A DNA stretch of 38,941 nucleotides from Macrostomum lignano (taxonomy: Eukaryota): positions 1 through 38,941 of the forward strand of contig NIVC01004659.1 in assembly GCA_002269645.1 (NCBI GenBank). Direction: 5' to 3'. The position numbers and the translations under genes are program-made. Below the pieces are notes generated by a model, which ran no database searches, had not been told where the DNA came from, and saw only the letters and a list, made by a program, of their open reading frames with translations. How positions within the stretch are numbered: position 1 is the first letter of the stretch; every line of letters starts with the position of its first letter. Below are positions 9,924-18,548 of this stretch, piece after piece.

Positions 9924-12749
9924 ATCAAAACAGTCTACGAAATAACCATAGCTTTCCTGTTTTGTTCTACAATAAGCGCAGGTAACCTGATTGCTTTAAC
10001 AAATTTCACTTTGACCTGTCTAGAAGCAGAAACTTAAGTTAAAGAAATTTCGCTTCGAATTGTAAATAAAAAATGAATAGTTATACGGTTTTATCACTGT
10101 ATAATAAAAGGTTGCAGCCCAGTGGTTCGAGCGTCGAACTCACGACTTGAAGGTCGGGGGTTCGATTCCCGACCCCACTGGAACAATTTGTGTCTTTGAG
10201 CAAGAGACTTCACTCTGAATTGCTTCAGTTCACCCAGCTGTAAAATGGGTGCCAGCATTAGCTGGGGTAATTGAGGATGTGTGTGGCGACCCCCAGTCCT
10301 TGACTGAACAGCCGTACGCAGCCTTCAGATGCGCCGCGCAATAGCTGCGGCTGAGCTGTCGGTTGCACAGCTGCCCATTAGGGCAGCTGTAATCAATTAT
10401 TATTATTATTACTATTAATCAAATTACAAGTGTTGAAGGTCATGCATATATTAATTCGATTCAATTCAACTGACAAAAGAAATCCCTACAAGGTAAATTT
10501 GCCTAAAGCCTCAATCATAAGAAGTAACCTTTCACCAGCTCTGCAGAGCGTGTCTGAATTTCAACTGGTGCTGGTTGGCAAGAACAAATCGGCCAAGTCA
10601 TCATCGAGCTACTCGGGCACGGCGGATCCCATCCGGGTCAACGATGGCGGACCAATCAATTCATGATTCATTCGCAGCTGGAGATCCGTTGCCATGGGTG
10701 ATGCTGGATATGGAGCGGCCGCACGCTGTTTTTGGTGCTCGAGTGTGGAACCGGCTTGACAACTCCTGGTCCAAGAGATTTACTCAGATCAGCTTTGGTA
10801 AGTGCCAGCTAAAATCTCTGCAGTCAGTGCACATAGTTTTGGTTCAGGGATTAGCGGATTATTAGCGGGGCGACCCCCGCCTCCCAGCCGTGTCTTCAGA
10901 CCGCCCCCTGCAGCTAAGTTGAGCAATTCAAATACAGTTTTGGCACCAAAGATATTCTCTTTGATGCCAGAACCACTCTACTAGAGGGTTAGGGGTAGTT
11001 GGTCATCACCATCAAACTTCACGCCTAGCTGTGGAATAAGTTATAAAAATCTTCGCACAAGGTCTCGGGGCATCCTAGCAACGCCTTTCGGCGACAACGT
11101 CCCTAACAACCAACGCTGACGTCAATTCTGCCCATTCCGTTGCGACTTCTGAGCAACATGCAAGCGCGACAGTGCTGTACGAAGGCACACACTCATACAC
11201 ACGCTCACACAGGGTGTACAGGGCGCAATAAATTAAGGTGGTCGCATACTGAATCGAACTAGAGGTCGTGGCGTGAGAGCGAGAGAGAGAACTTGTCTGC
11301 CCCATCACCCAGCTGCTTCGATGCAAACCATTGATTGAGATCCGACAGAGTCCTGGAGATCTAAAAGTCTGCCTGAATCCTTTGGCTTTCTTAAGAAAGA
11401 CAAAATGCCGATGCTGCTAATGGCACATTAGAACTGCATTCTGAATCGTTATTGACACAGAGTCCACCGAAACCTCGGTATCACAGACATGAGCTTCAAT
11501 GCTTTGCTTTTTACATGTAAAGTAAAATGCTAAATCCCTTCTTCAAATCTAGCGCGTGTGCATGTCGATTGCAATAATTTGGGGCTTCATTTCTTATGTT
11601 TGAACGCGAAAGTCGCTTATTAAACTATTCCTATATAGTCTCACAATGGCAGCCCTGTGCGATCCACGGATTCCTGAATTGTAGACGATCCAACTGAATT
11701 CAGTATTCCTGAGACGAGAGCGACTACATCTCGGTCTCGGCTTGATTAACTGAATTTGATGCTGCATTTTTGCTGCATATTTTTGTTACACCTGCCCCAA
11801 TTGGGCCAGATGTGCAACCGACAGCTCACCCGTAGCTATTGGCTGTTCAGTCCAAGGATTGCGTGGTCGTCACATACACCCTCAATTACCCCAGCTAATG
11901 CTGGCACCCATTTACAGTTGGGTGAACTCAACCAAAGCAGAGTTTAGTGTCTTGTTCAAGAACACAAATTATTCAAGTGAGATCGGGAATCGAACCCCCG
12001 ACCTTCAAGTCGTGAGACCGACGCTACAATCACTAGATGACAACCCCATTGCCATATTAATTTTCACATGCCTAGCGAAATTAATATCGACAGGAAGATC
12101 CGAATAGGCTGTTTGCGTCTTGCAAGGGGTTCGCAGCTACTTTTAGATCATTTTCTTAATGACACTCACCTCTGCCACCACAGGTGTGACAAACAACCCC
12201 GCCGTGTGGGCTGCATTAAATTCACACCTGTTCCAACTGTGCTTCTACTACACCGATGTGCCCACTGTTGCTGACAACCCGATCAAAGTCAACTGTTCCA
12301 AGCCCATTGTGGGCAGGTATTTCGCGATTTACAAGAACATTACTGGTCTCGAACCCATTTCCCACTACCTCAACATATTCGAAATCGATATCTTAGCAAG
12401 TGAGAGCAGATCGACATACTTGTGTGGAAATATTTAAGAGTAGTGTCGATAAAAGTCACAAATTTTGCTAAATCGTGAGTCTAATTTAATTTCAGTGGCT
12501 AAGGGAGCCTCCCTGTGCGTCAGCAGTGCTCAGTCCAGCTTCCCAGCTGCATCAAGCGCCCTCCTGACCCGATGGTCCGGCCTGAAGAGCCCTCAGCTGG
12601 ACTGCATCTTCAAGTGCACGGCGCAGCCGGCCTGCCTGTTCGCTTTGGTCATTCCTGGAAACGGCGACTGCCTTCTGTTCGGACCGAGCGGGGGTCTGGC
12701 CGGCTTCATCGGCGGCAGCTGCTTCCGCTGCGTCGCCGTTCTTGAGTAG
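9924..12749 (+). CDS. Secreted F-type lectin (FTP/fucolectin domain) plus PAN/Apple-like domain, copy 1 (exons about 9924-9981, 10539-10797, 12184-12399, 12496-12749); possibly a pseudogene
   Basis: All junctions are GT-AG and phase 1. FTP motifs: SSSYSG...NDG...IHS...PWVMLD...RVWNRLD...R and C..PIVGRYF.I...LNIFEIDI. The last exon has CIFKC-x5-C...CLLF. Exon 1 (xKTVYEITIAFLFCSTISA|G) aligns with the copy-2 signal peptide but starts with ATC, not ATG. Exon 2 is 2 nt shorter than in copy 2 (two 1-bp losses near 10645-10660). Confidence 0.75.
10110..10416 (+). mobile_element. tRNA-derived SINE with CORE-like central domain, near full-length copy
   Basis: tRNA-like head with A-box-like CAGCCCAGTGG and B box GGTTCGATTCC (10159-10169). 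Body TGTGTCTTTGAGCAAGAGACTT...CAGTTCACCCAGCTGTAAAATGGG resembles the MIR/CORE consensus. (TTA)n tail. Two more copies lie in the window. Confidence 0.85.
11785..12046 (-). mobile_element. Second copy of the same SINE, with an internal deletion
   Basis: Reverse complement aligns to 10110-10390 across head, CORE-like body and the 3' GAGCTGTCGGTTGCAC segment. Confidence 0.85.
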
Positions 12750-13545
12750 TTTCCTGTAACGACTTTTAACGCTAAAGACGTAGAAACAAAAAAACTGCAG
12801 AAATATTGAACTGATTGAGTAGGATGTTGCCACCGAACGAATCAATTTTAAAAGTACAATGCCTTATTACAATTTTTGTTGTTATGAATAATGTTTGCAG
12901 ACGTATTCAAGTCCAGTTAAGTCGAAACAGTCAAATAGCTACTGACATACCTTATTTCAGTGGGTTGACAGAATCTCTTAATAAATTATTTTTAGACCGT
13001 TATTATTATTATTATCTGACACTTGGCTGCCATCAGTTGGATTAATCATGAAGTAGTTGATATTAAAGGGAGATTTACTGCAATCTTCTAACGTTTTAGG
13101 AGACGGGGAGCGGTGAAAAAGTGTGAAGTGTCTGATACTAAACAGTCACTATCTGCCTAAACAAATGAAGCCAATTTTAAAACTACAGAGGAGTAACGAT
13201 TTAGAAAAATCATAGATCGAACGCGTACGAAGCAAAAAACTGCGTTTTTTTGAAAATTTTAGGAAGCAGGTTGTACCGAAAAAAAAATAATTTTTTAAGA
13301 GATTCTATTAATATTATTATATTATCATATTATTATTATTAATATGTTCTAGGGGAAAACTTCTGTCCTATTATTTCACCGTGCCACCAAGTTTTAGCAG
13401 ACCTAGCTGTCTGTCTAAGATCACTCAATGCCTACTTTAAATATTCTAAACTATGAATTTTTCCTAGGAATTCCTAACTCACACGATTTCTTAGAAACCT
13501 TGTGATAGCGTGTAGTGCCCGAGCGGTAAGACACTGTCTAATTCC

Positions 13546-13551
13546 CTAGTT
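13546..13551. other. Left target-site duplication CTAGTT
   Basis: Identical hexamer at 32392-32397; 6-bp TSDs are typical of Polintons. Confidence 0.95.
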
Positions 13552-14891
13552 AGTAGTATGAGTTTATGCAACTCTGCCGCACTTGCACTGCGGAGATAGG
13601 CGGTAATGTAAAAGGATAGGAGGGCGTAAAAGAGCCAGCTGAGATAGCCAATGGAAATAAGGGCGTGGGGTGGGTGTGATTGGCTGGGCGGCGCGGGCGG
13701 TGAAACGCTTATGCAACTCTGCCGCACTGGGAGGGGCAGGTAGCAAAGCAAAGCAAAGAATTGGAAGGTTTTTGGAATAGCAGAGTAAACAAATTAAAGC
13801 AAGGTAGGCGTGGCGTGGAAACTTCCACCTCAATTTTGTGCCTGGCCTATGCAACTCCTCACCATCCTCCAATGTGCTTATTGTATAGCAATGCCTATGC
13901 AACTCTAAGCGGGGAGAGGCTCCGCTCTTGAGTGTCTGCCTCTGGCGCACTGGCATTGATAATAAATGGGTAATCAACTTTGTAACGGGTGCGGGGGCTT
14001 GAGTGGAAAGGGTAGGGTTTGGAGTGGAGGTGAGGTTGTTGGTGGGCTCTAAAACAGTTGTTCAACTCTGCCGCACTTTCACTGTGCAGGGACAGAGAGG
14101 TGAGCTCTAAAACAGTTGTTCAACTCTGCCGCACTTTCACTGTGCAGGGACAGAGAGGTGAGCTCTAAAACAGTTGTTCAACTCTGCCGCACTTTCACTG
14201 TGCAGGGACAGAGAGGTGAGCTCTAAAACAGTTGTTCAACTCTGCCGCACTTTCACTGTGCAGGGACAGAGAGGTGAGCTCTAAAACAGTTGTTCAACTC
14301 TGCCGCACTTTCACTGTGCAGGGACAGAGAGGTGAGCTCTAAAACAGTTGTTCAACTCTGCCGCACTTTCACTGTGCAGGGACAGAGAGGTGAGCTCTAA
14401 AACAGTTGTTCAACTCTGCCGCACTTTCACTGTGCAGGGACAGAGAGGTGAGCTCTAAAACAGTTGTTCAACTCTGCCGCACTTTCACTGTGCAGGGACA
14501 GAGAGGTGAGCTCTAAAACAGTTGTTCAACTCTGCCACACTTTCACTGTGCAGGGACAGAGAGGTGAGCTCTAAAACAGTTGTTCAACTCTGCCGCACTT
14601 TCACTGTGCAGGGACAGAGAGGTGAGCTCTAAAACAGTTGTTCAACTCTGCCGCACTTTCACTGTGCAGGGACAGAGAGGTGAGCTCTAAAACAGTTGTT
14701 CAACTCTGCCGCACTTTCACTGTGCAGGGACAGAGAGGTGAGCTCTAAAACAGTTGTTCAACTCTGCCGCACTTTCACTGTGCAGGGACAGAGAGGTGAG
14801 CTCTAAAACAGTTGTTCAACTCTGCCGCACTTTCACTGTGCAGGGACAGAGAGGTGAGCTCTAAAACAGTTGTTCAACTCTGCCGCACTTT
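13552..14891 (+). repeat. Left terminal inverted repeat (about 495-bp unique part plus 58-bp array)
   Basis: Reverse-complement similarity to 31167-32391. Confidence 0.92.
14046..14891 (+). repeat. 58-bp tandem array, about 14.6 copies
   Basis: Unit GCTCTAAAACAGTTGTTCAACTCTGCCGCACTTTCACTGTGCAGGGACAGAGAGGTGA; one visible variant (G>A at 14537). Confidence 0.97.
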
Positions 14892-15052
14892 AATGCAGCA
14901 GAGAGGTGAGCGTGCTGGCTTGTTAATAAATGAGCAATAAACTTTGTAACGGGTTGTGTGGCTGATGCCGACGAGCAGCCGCTGCTTGATGCCGAATAAG
15001 CAAAAAAGGGGTGGGTGCTCATTCTGACACCCACCCCACTCCGCTTTGAGGG

Positions 15053-15060
15053 TATATAAG
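15053..15060 (+). promoter_or_regulatory. TATA box (TATATAAG) for the first rightward gene
   Basis: About 85-90 bp upstream of ATG 15144, just inside the left arm. Confidence 0.55.
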
Positions 15061-15143
15061 CCCCCGATTTTTAAATTCAACGGTAAATCTATTTTTTTCT
15101 TGAATTCGATTTCACAAGTTTTCGAAGTGATTTTGTGTGAACT

Positions 15144-15875
15144 ATGGATATTAGTGAAGGTTACAGAGTGCAGGTGCAAGAATTCGAAGGCCAGAAATAC
15201 ATCGCGATCAGGAAGTTTTACCGACATGGCAGCACAGCAAGCCTCAAGCCTGGTGTTCCTGGTTTCAACTTGAATGTGCAGCAGTGGACGAAGCTAAAGG
15301 AGTTAAAGCGCTCCCTGGTGAAGTCGGCTCTGAACAACGAGCTCAAGGTCATCAAGCTGGGCTTCGACAAATTTGTTCAAGTCAAGGATGGCCTCATCTG
15401 GCTGAAGCGGCTGCCTGAGGACTGCTGTGATGAATTTATGAAGCGCAACACCGTGCCGCTGTCTCCGAGGCTCTGGCAGAAGCTGTGGCAGACTTCGGAC
15501 TGGATAGACCAGCAGCTATCAGAGCCCTACCAAGGTGCGGGGGCGAAGTACGAGCTGAGCTCATCCGAAGATGAGGACGAAGACGCCACCCTCATACTGC
15601 CGGTCAAGACTGAGGCTGCTGAAGGCGAGGAGGAGGTCGGCTCACCATCGGAGCTGACAACCGACATCGAGGCTGTGACTTCCACACCTTTGGCCAGAGC
15701 CGGCACATCGACTGGGAACATCCCGGCGGAGGACACGGACCTACAGCAGGATCCGGTGTGGTACCGATTCCGGGCTCATGCCGCTGAGGTGGAGAACAAT
15801 CGGAAGCGAAAACTGCCGTATCCTCTGCGCAGGCAGGAGACAATGAAGGTGTCTAAGCTGCGTTTTGAAGACTGA
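15144..15875 (+). CDS. PC4/Sub1-like ssDNA-binding protein with a probable second, degenerate PC4 repeat and an acidic tail (243 aa)
   Basis: VQVQEFEGQKYIAIRKFY...KPGVPGFNLNVQQWTKLKE matches the PC4 pattern VSVRDFKGKVLIDIREYW...KPGRKGISLNPEQWSQLKE. A second unit reads IKLGFDKFVQV...LSPRLWQKL...IDQQL. Confidence 0.8.
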   Translation: MDISEGYRVQVQEFEGQKYIAIRKFYRHGSTASLKPGVPGFNLNVQQWTKLKELKRSLVKSALNNELKVIKLGFDKFVQVKDGLIWLKRLPEDCCDEFMKRNTVPLSPRLWQKLWQTSDWIDQQLSEPYQGAGAKYELSSSEDEDEDATLILPVKTEAAEGEEEVGSPSELTTDIEAVTSTPLARAGTSTGNIPAEDTDLQQDPVWYRFRAHAAEVENNRKRKLPYPLRRQETMKVSKLRFED

Positions 15876-16245
15876 GCTGGAGGTTGGATGAGACTGATGA
15901 GACTCAAAGGATAATTCAGTTTGGTTTGCCTTTGTCTAATTTTATTCAGCTAAGTTAAGTTTTGACAATTGTCTTAACCGTTTAGTCTTATTTATTCAGG
16001 TGTTAACAAACCAAGTTTATACTTAAATGCATGCAATTTATACTTATTTGCACTACTCAGTGTTACTATTTCCTGCAATCTTCTTTTTAAGATCACCAAC
16101 TGTTCGCAGTCCCTAATTTAAAAAAAAATATAATGAGTGTACGCTGTATGAGTTTAATATTGGAATATAACATGTCTTTTAAAACGCCAATCGTTGTTCT
16201 TAAGAAAAACATACCTGTGTACATCTGGTTCTTTTTCATTTGAGG

Positions 16246-17313
16246 ATGGAAAAAATTTACTTTGACCCACAACAGCCGGCTAGTTTTTCTAGTGCTTCCA
16301 AACTGTTGAATGAAGTTAGGAGAAGAGGAGATCGCAAATCCACTAAGTGCATAGAACAGTGGCTCAGTGAGCAGCCAGTGCACACCCTACACAAGCCAGC
16401 TAGGAGGCGATATCCAAGGGCCCCAATCATAGTGCGGGCTATCGATGATCAGTGGGAACTTGACTTGGTAGAAATGATTCCATTCGCAAAGTATAATAAA
16501 GGCTACAAATATATTCTTACATGTATTGACGTACTGTCAAAGTGTGCTTGGGCCAAGGCACTGAAAAATAAAACTGCTACAGAAGTGAAGTCAGCTTTCG
16601 AGAGCATACTGAGAAGTTCAAAGCGCCAGCCACGCACAGTTCGCACAGATCAGGGGAAGGAATTTATCAACTCCACTTTCCGTCAATACTGCATTGACAG
16701 AGGGATTCTGGCTTTCCCAACTAACAGCGAGCAGAAGGCGGCTGTCATTGAGCGATGGAATCGGACTCTGAAAAGTAGAATGTGGCGCTACTTCACCTAC
16801 AAGAGCACACTGCACTGGCTTGATGTGCTGCCTAAGCTGGTAAAATCTTACAACAATACCTATCACAGAAGCATCAAAATGGCACCCACTAGTGTCTGCA
16901 AAGAGAATGAATCTGAAGTGTGGATGAACCTGTACGACGGAAAAGCAGTCGAGACTCTAGAAAAATTAAGGAAGCCTAAATTCGCTGAAAACCAGTCAGT
17001 GAGAATTTCCAATGCTCCACGGCTATTCAAAAAGGGATACAAAGCGAGCTGGAGTGAGGAAGTGTACACCGTGGTGAGCAGAGCCCCAAAACATTATCCC
17101 TACATGTACAAGATTAAAGACATGCGGGGGGAAGAGATTCGAGGACTCTTCCATGAGCACGAGCTGCAAGCTGTCCCGGACTCACAGCGGCTGTATGTGA
17201 TTGAGAAGATCCTGAAAACGGAGAAGCGGAAGGGAAAAATTCGCTATCTGGTGAAGTGGGCCGGCTACGATTCGACTGGCTGGGTGGATGAAAAAGACTT
17301 AAGAAAGGTTTAG
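16246..17313 (+). CDS. int: Retroviral-like (rve) DDE integrase with C-terminal chromodomain
   Basis: WELDLVEM (D), VRTDQGKEF (D), KAAVIERWNRTLK (E); chromodomain YVIEKIL...RYLVKWAGY...WV. Confidence 0.96.
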   Translation: MEKIYFDPQQPASFSSASKLLNEVRRRGDRKSTKCIEQWLSEQPVHTLHKPARRRYPRAPIIVRAIDDQWELDLVEMIPFAKYNKGYKYILTCIDVLSKCAWAKALKNKTATEVKSAFESILRSSKRQPRTVRTDQGKEFINSTFRQYCIDRGILAFPTNSEQKAAVIERWNRTLKSRMWRYFTYKSTLHWLDVLPKLVKSYNNTYHRSIKMAPTSVCKENESEVWMNLYDGKAVETLEKLRKPKFAENQSVRISNAPRLFKKGYKASWSEEVYTVVSRAPKHYPYMYKIKDMRGEEIRGLFHEHELQAVPDSQRLYVIEKILKTEKRKGKIRYLVKWAGYDSTGWVDEKDLRKV

Positions 17314-17341
17314 CTTTGACACATCCCTCATCATGTAGTTT

Positions 17342-18160
17342 ATGATTATAATGCGAACTATTTTGATTAACAGTGAGCATGCTGAAGGTACTCCTAGTGA
17401 CTTTAATTTTTACCTGCCTTCACCTATTTACTTGGATCGAAATGTGGACTATGAGGCAGGTCTGGCTGAAATCCATCTGCCTGCTGCATGGTTCAATGTT
17501 GACGAGCCTTACTGCTTCACTGTCTCAGATGGAAGAGAGCATGAGGCCCTGGTTCTTCAACCCGGACGCTTTGCTAGAGTGGAGGAGCTGGTGGAGCGCC
17601 TGAATGAGCTGCTGGCCAACTCTGATTCGCTGTTCTTTGATGCGATGAGTGACAGGGAGTCTGAGATGGAGGCTGATGAGTCCGGCCTGATGGGGCGTAG
17701 TGGCAACAGGGAATTCGGTATGAAGTTCGAAATCCGCAACTCACGAACTGTGGTGCACAACAACACGACGAGAGCAGAGCTGTTTCTCCCATCCAGCAAA
17801 ATTCTGCATTGGCTGGGATTTGGAAACCAGGCTGTGAAAATCCAGCCAGGAAGCCGCGTGTCCGAGCATTGCATTGGCTGTCCGCGCACCAGCTTAATCA
17901 ATGTACACTGCAGTGTCGTTGAGTCAACTAATTGCAACTGGGGCTCCTTGTTGAGAACAGTTGGAATGAAAGCTGGCATTGAATGGGGCAACTATCAAAC
18001 AAAAATATTTAAGAAAACAATATTCTTCCCGATTCAACGAATCAGTCTTCTTCACAGCATTCGAGTTCAGCTGCGGGACATCTATGGTTGCCCACTGATT
18101 GCACAGACTCACAGCCCTGTTCTGCTCACAGTTCAGATTCGGGAGAAACGCATTCAATGA
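17342..18160 (+). CDS. Minor capsid (penton, PX-type) protein
   Basis: N-terminal SDFNFYLPSPIYL...YEAGLAEIHLPAAWFNV and C-terminal VHCSVV...LLRTV...IRVQLRDIYG are typical of Polinton mCP; position next to INT and MCP fits. Confidence 0.8.
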   Translation: MIIMRTILINSEHAEGTPSDFNFYLPSPIYLDRNVDYEAGLAEIHLPAAWFNVDEPYCFTVSDGREHEALVLQPGRFARVEELVERLNELLANSDSLFFDAMSDRESEMEADESGLMGRSGNREFGMKFEIRNSRTVVHNNTTRAELFLPSSKILHWLGFGNQAVKIQPGSRVSEHCIGCPRTSLINVHCSVVESTNCNWGSLLRTVGMKAGIEWGNYQTKIFKKTIFFPIQRISLLHSIRVQLRDIYGCPLIAQTHSPVLLTVQIREKRIQ

Positions 18161-18546
18161 ACTACCAGCAGCTAATCCAGCGATATTCGGGGGTGAGGAC
18201 AGCACACGAAAAGCCTGCACTCTATGGCTGTGGGAGCTTTCCGGGGATCATGACATACCAGCCTCCTCCAGCGGCTACATCATTATCCTCAACGCTTAGC
18301 AATGTCAGGCGCAAAAGAAATGCTGAAGCAAGTCCGAAACGATTGAAGAAGAAGAAGCGCACCCGAAAGGCAACTGGTGGCGATCGCACCAATAAGAGGT
18401 GCAATGGAAGAAAGCCGAGCAAGGCTAGTAGGAAAAAGCTTAAGAATAGGAAGACGAAAGCAAAGAAGAATAGAGCAGGCGGAGGAAAGCGAAAGCAAAA
18501 AGTCAGCAAGAAAACTGTGAAACGCGTGCTCGACTCTCTGTCATAG
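18157..18546 (+). CDS. Small, highly basic putative virion core (DNA-condensing) protein
   Basis: ATG 18157 overlaps the mCP stop (ATGA). The C-terminal half is Lys/Arg-rich. LYGC|G fits the adenain consensus (M/L/I)xGx|G. Confidence 0.6.
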   Translation: MNYQQLIQRYSGVRTAHEKPALYGCGSFPGIMTYQPPPAATSLSSTLSNVRRKRNAEASPKRLKKKKRTRKATGGDRTNKRCNGRKPSKASRKKLKNRKTKAKKNRAGGGKRKQKVSKKTVKRVLDSLS

Positions 18547-18548
18547 AC

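Noticed and set aside
10110-10185. tRNA gene
   Set aside because: The tRNA-like head continues into a shared SINE body found three times, and the acceptor stem does not pair properly.
11040-11530. Possible degenerate Gypsy pol fragment (FAQGLG, GDLKVCLNP-like peptides)
   Set aside because: Two short resemblances in different frames with no continuous RT motifs; would need tBLASTx support.
13513-13551. Insertion target as a tRNA/Pol III gene (TGCCCGAGCGG left, GTTCAGTCC right; GTGCCC(G)AGCGGTA on both flanks)
   Set aside because: Box spacing in the reconstructed empty site is too short, the B box mismatches, and no cloverleaf forms.
14046-14891. 58-bp arrays as a CRISPR array
   Set aside because: Units are contiguous and identical with no unique spacers; eukaryotic context; no cas genes.
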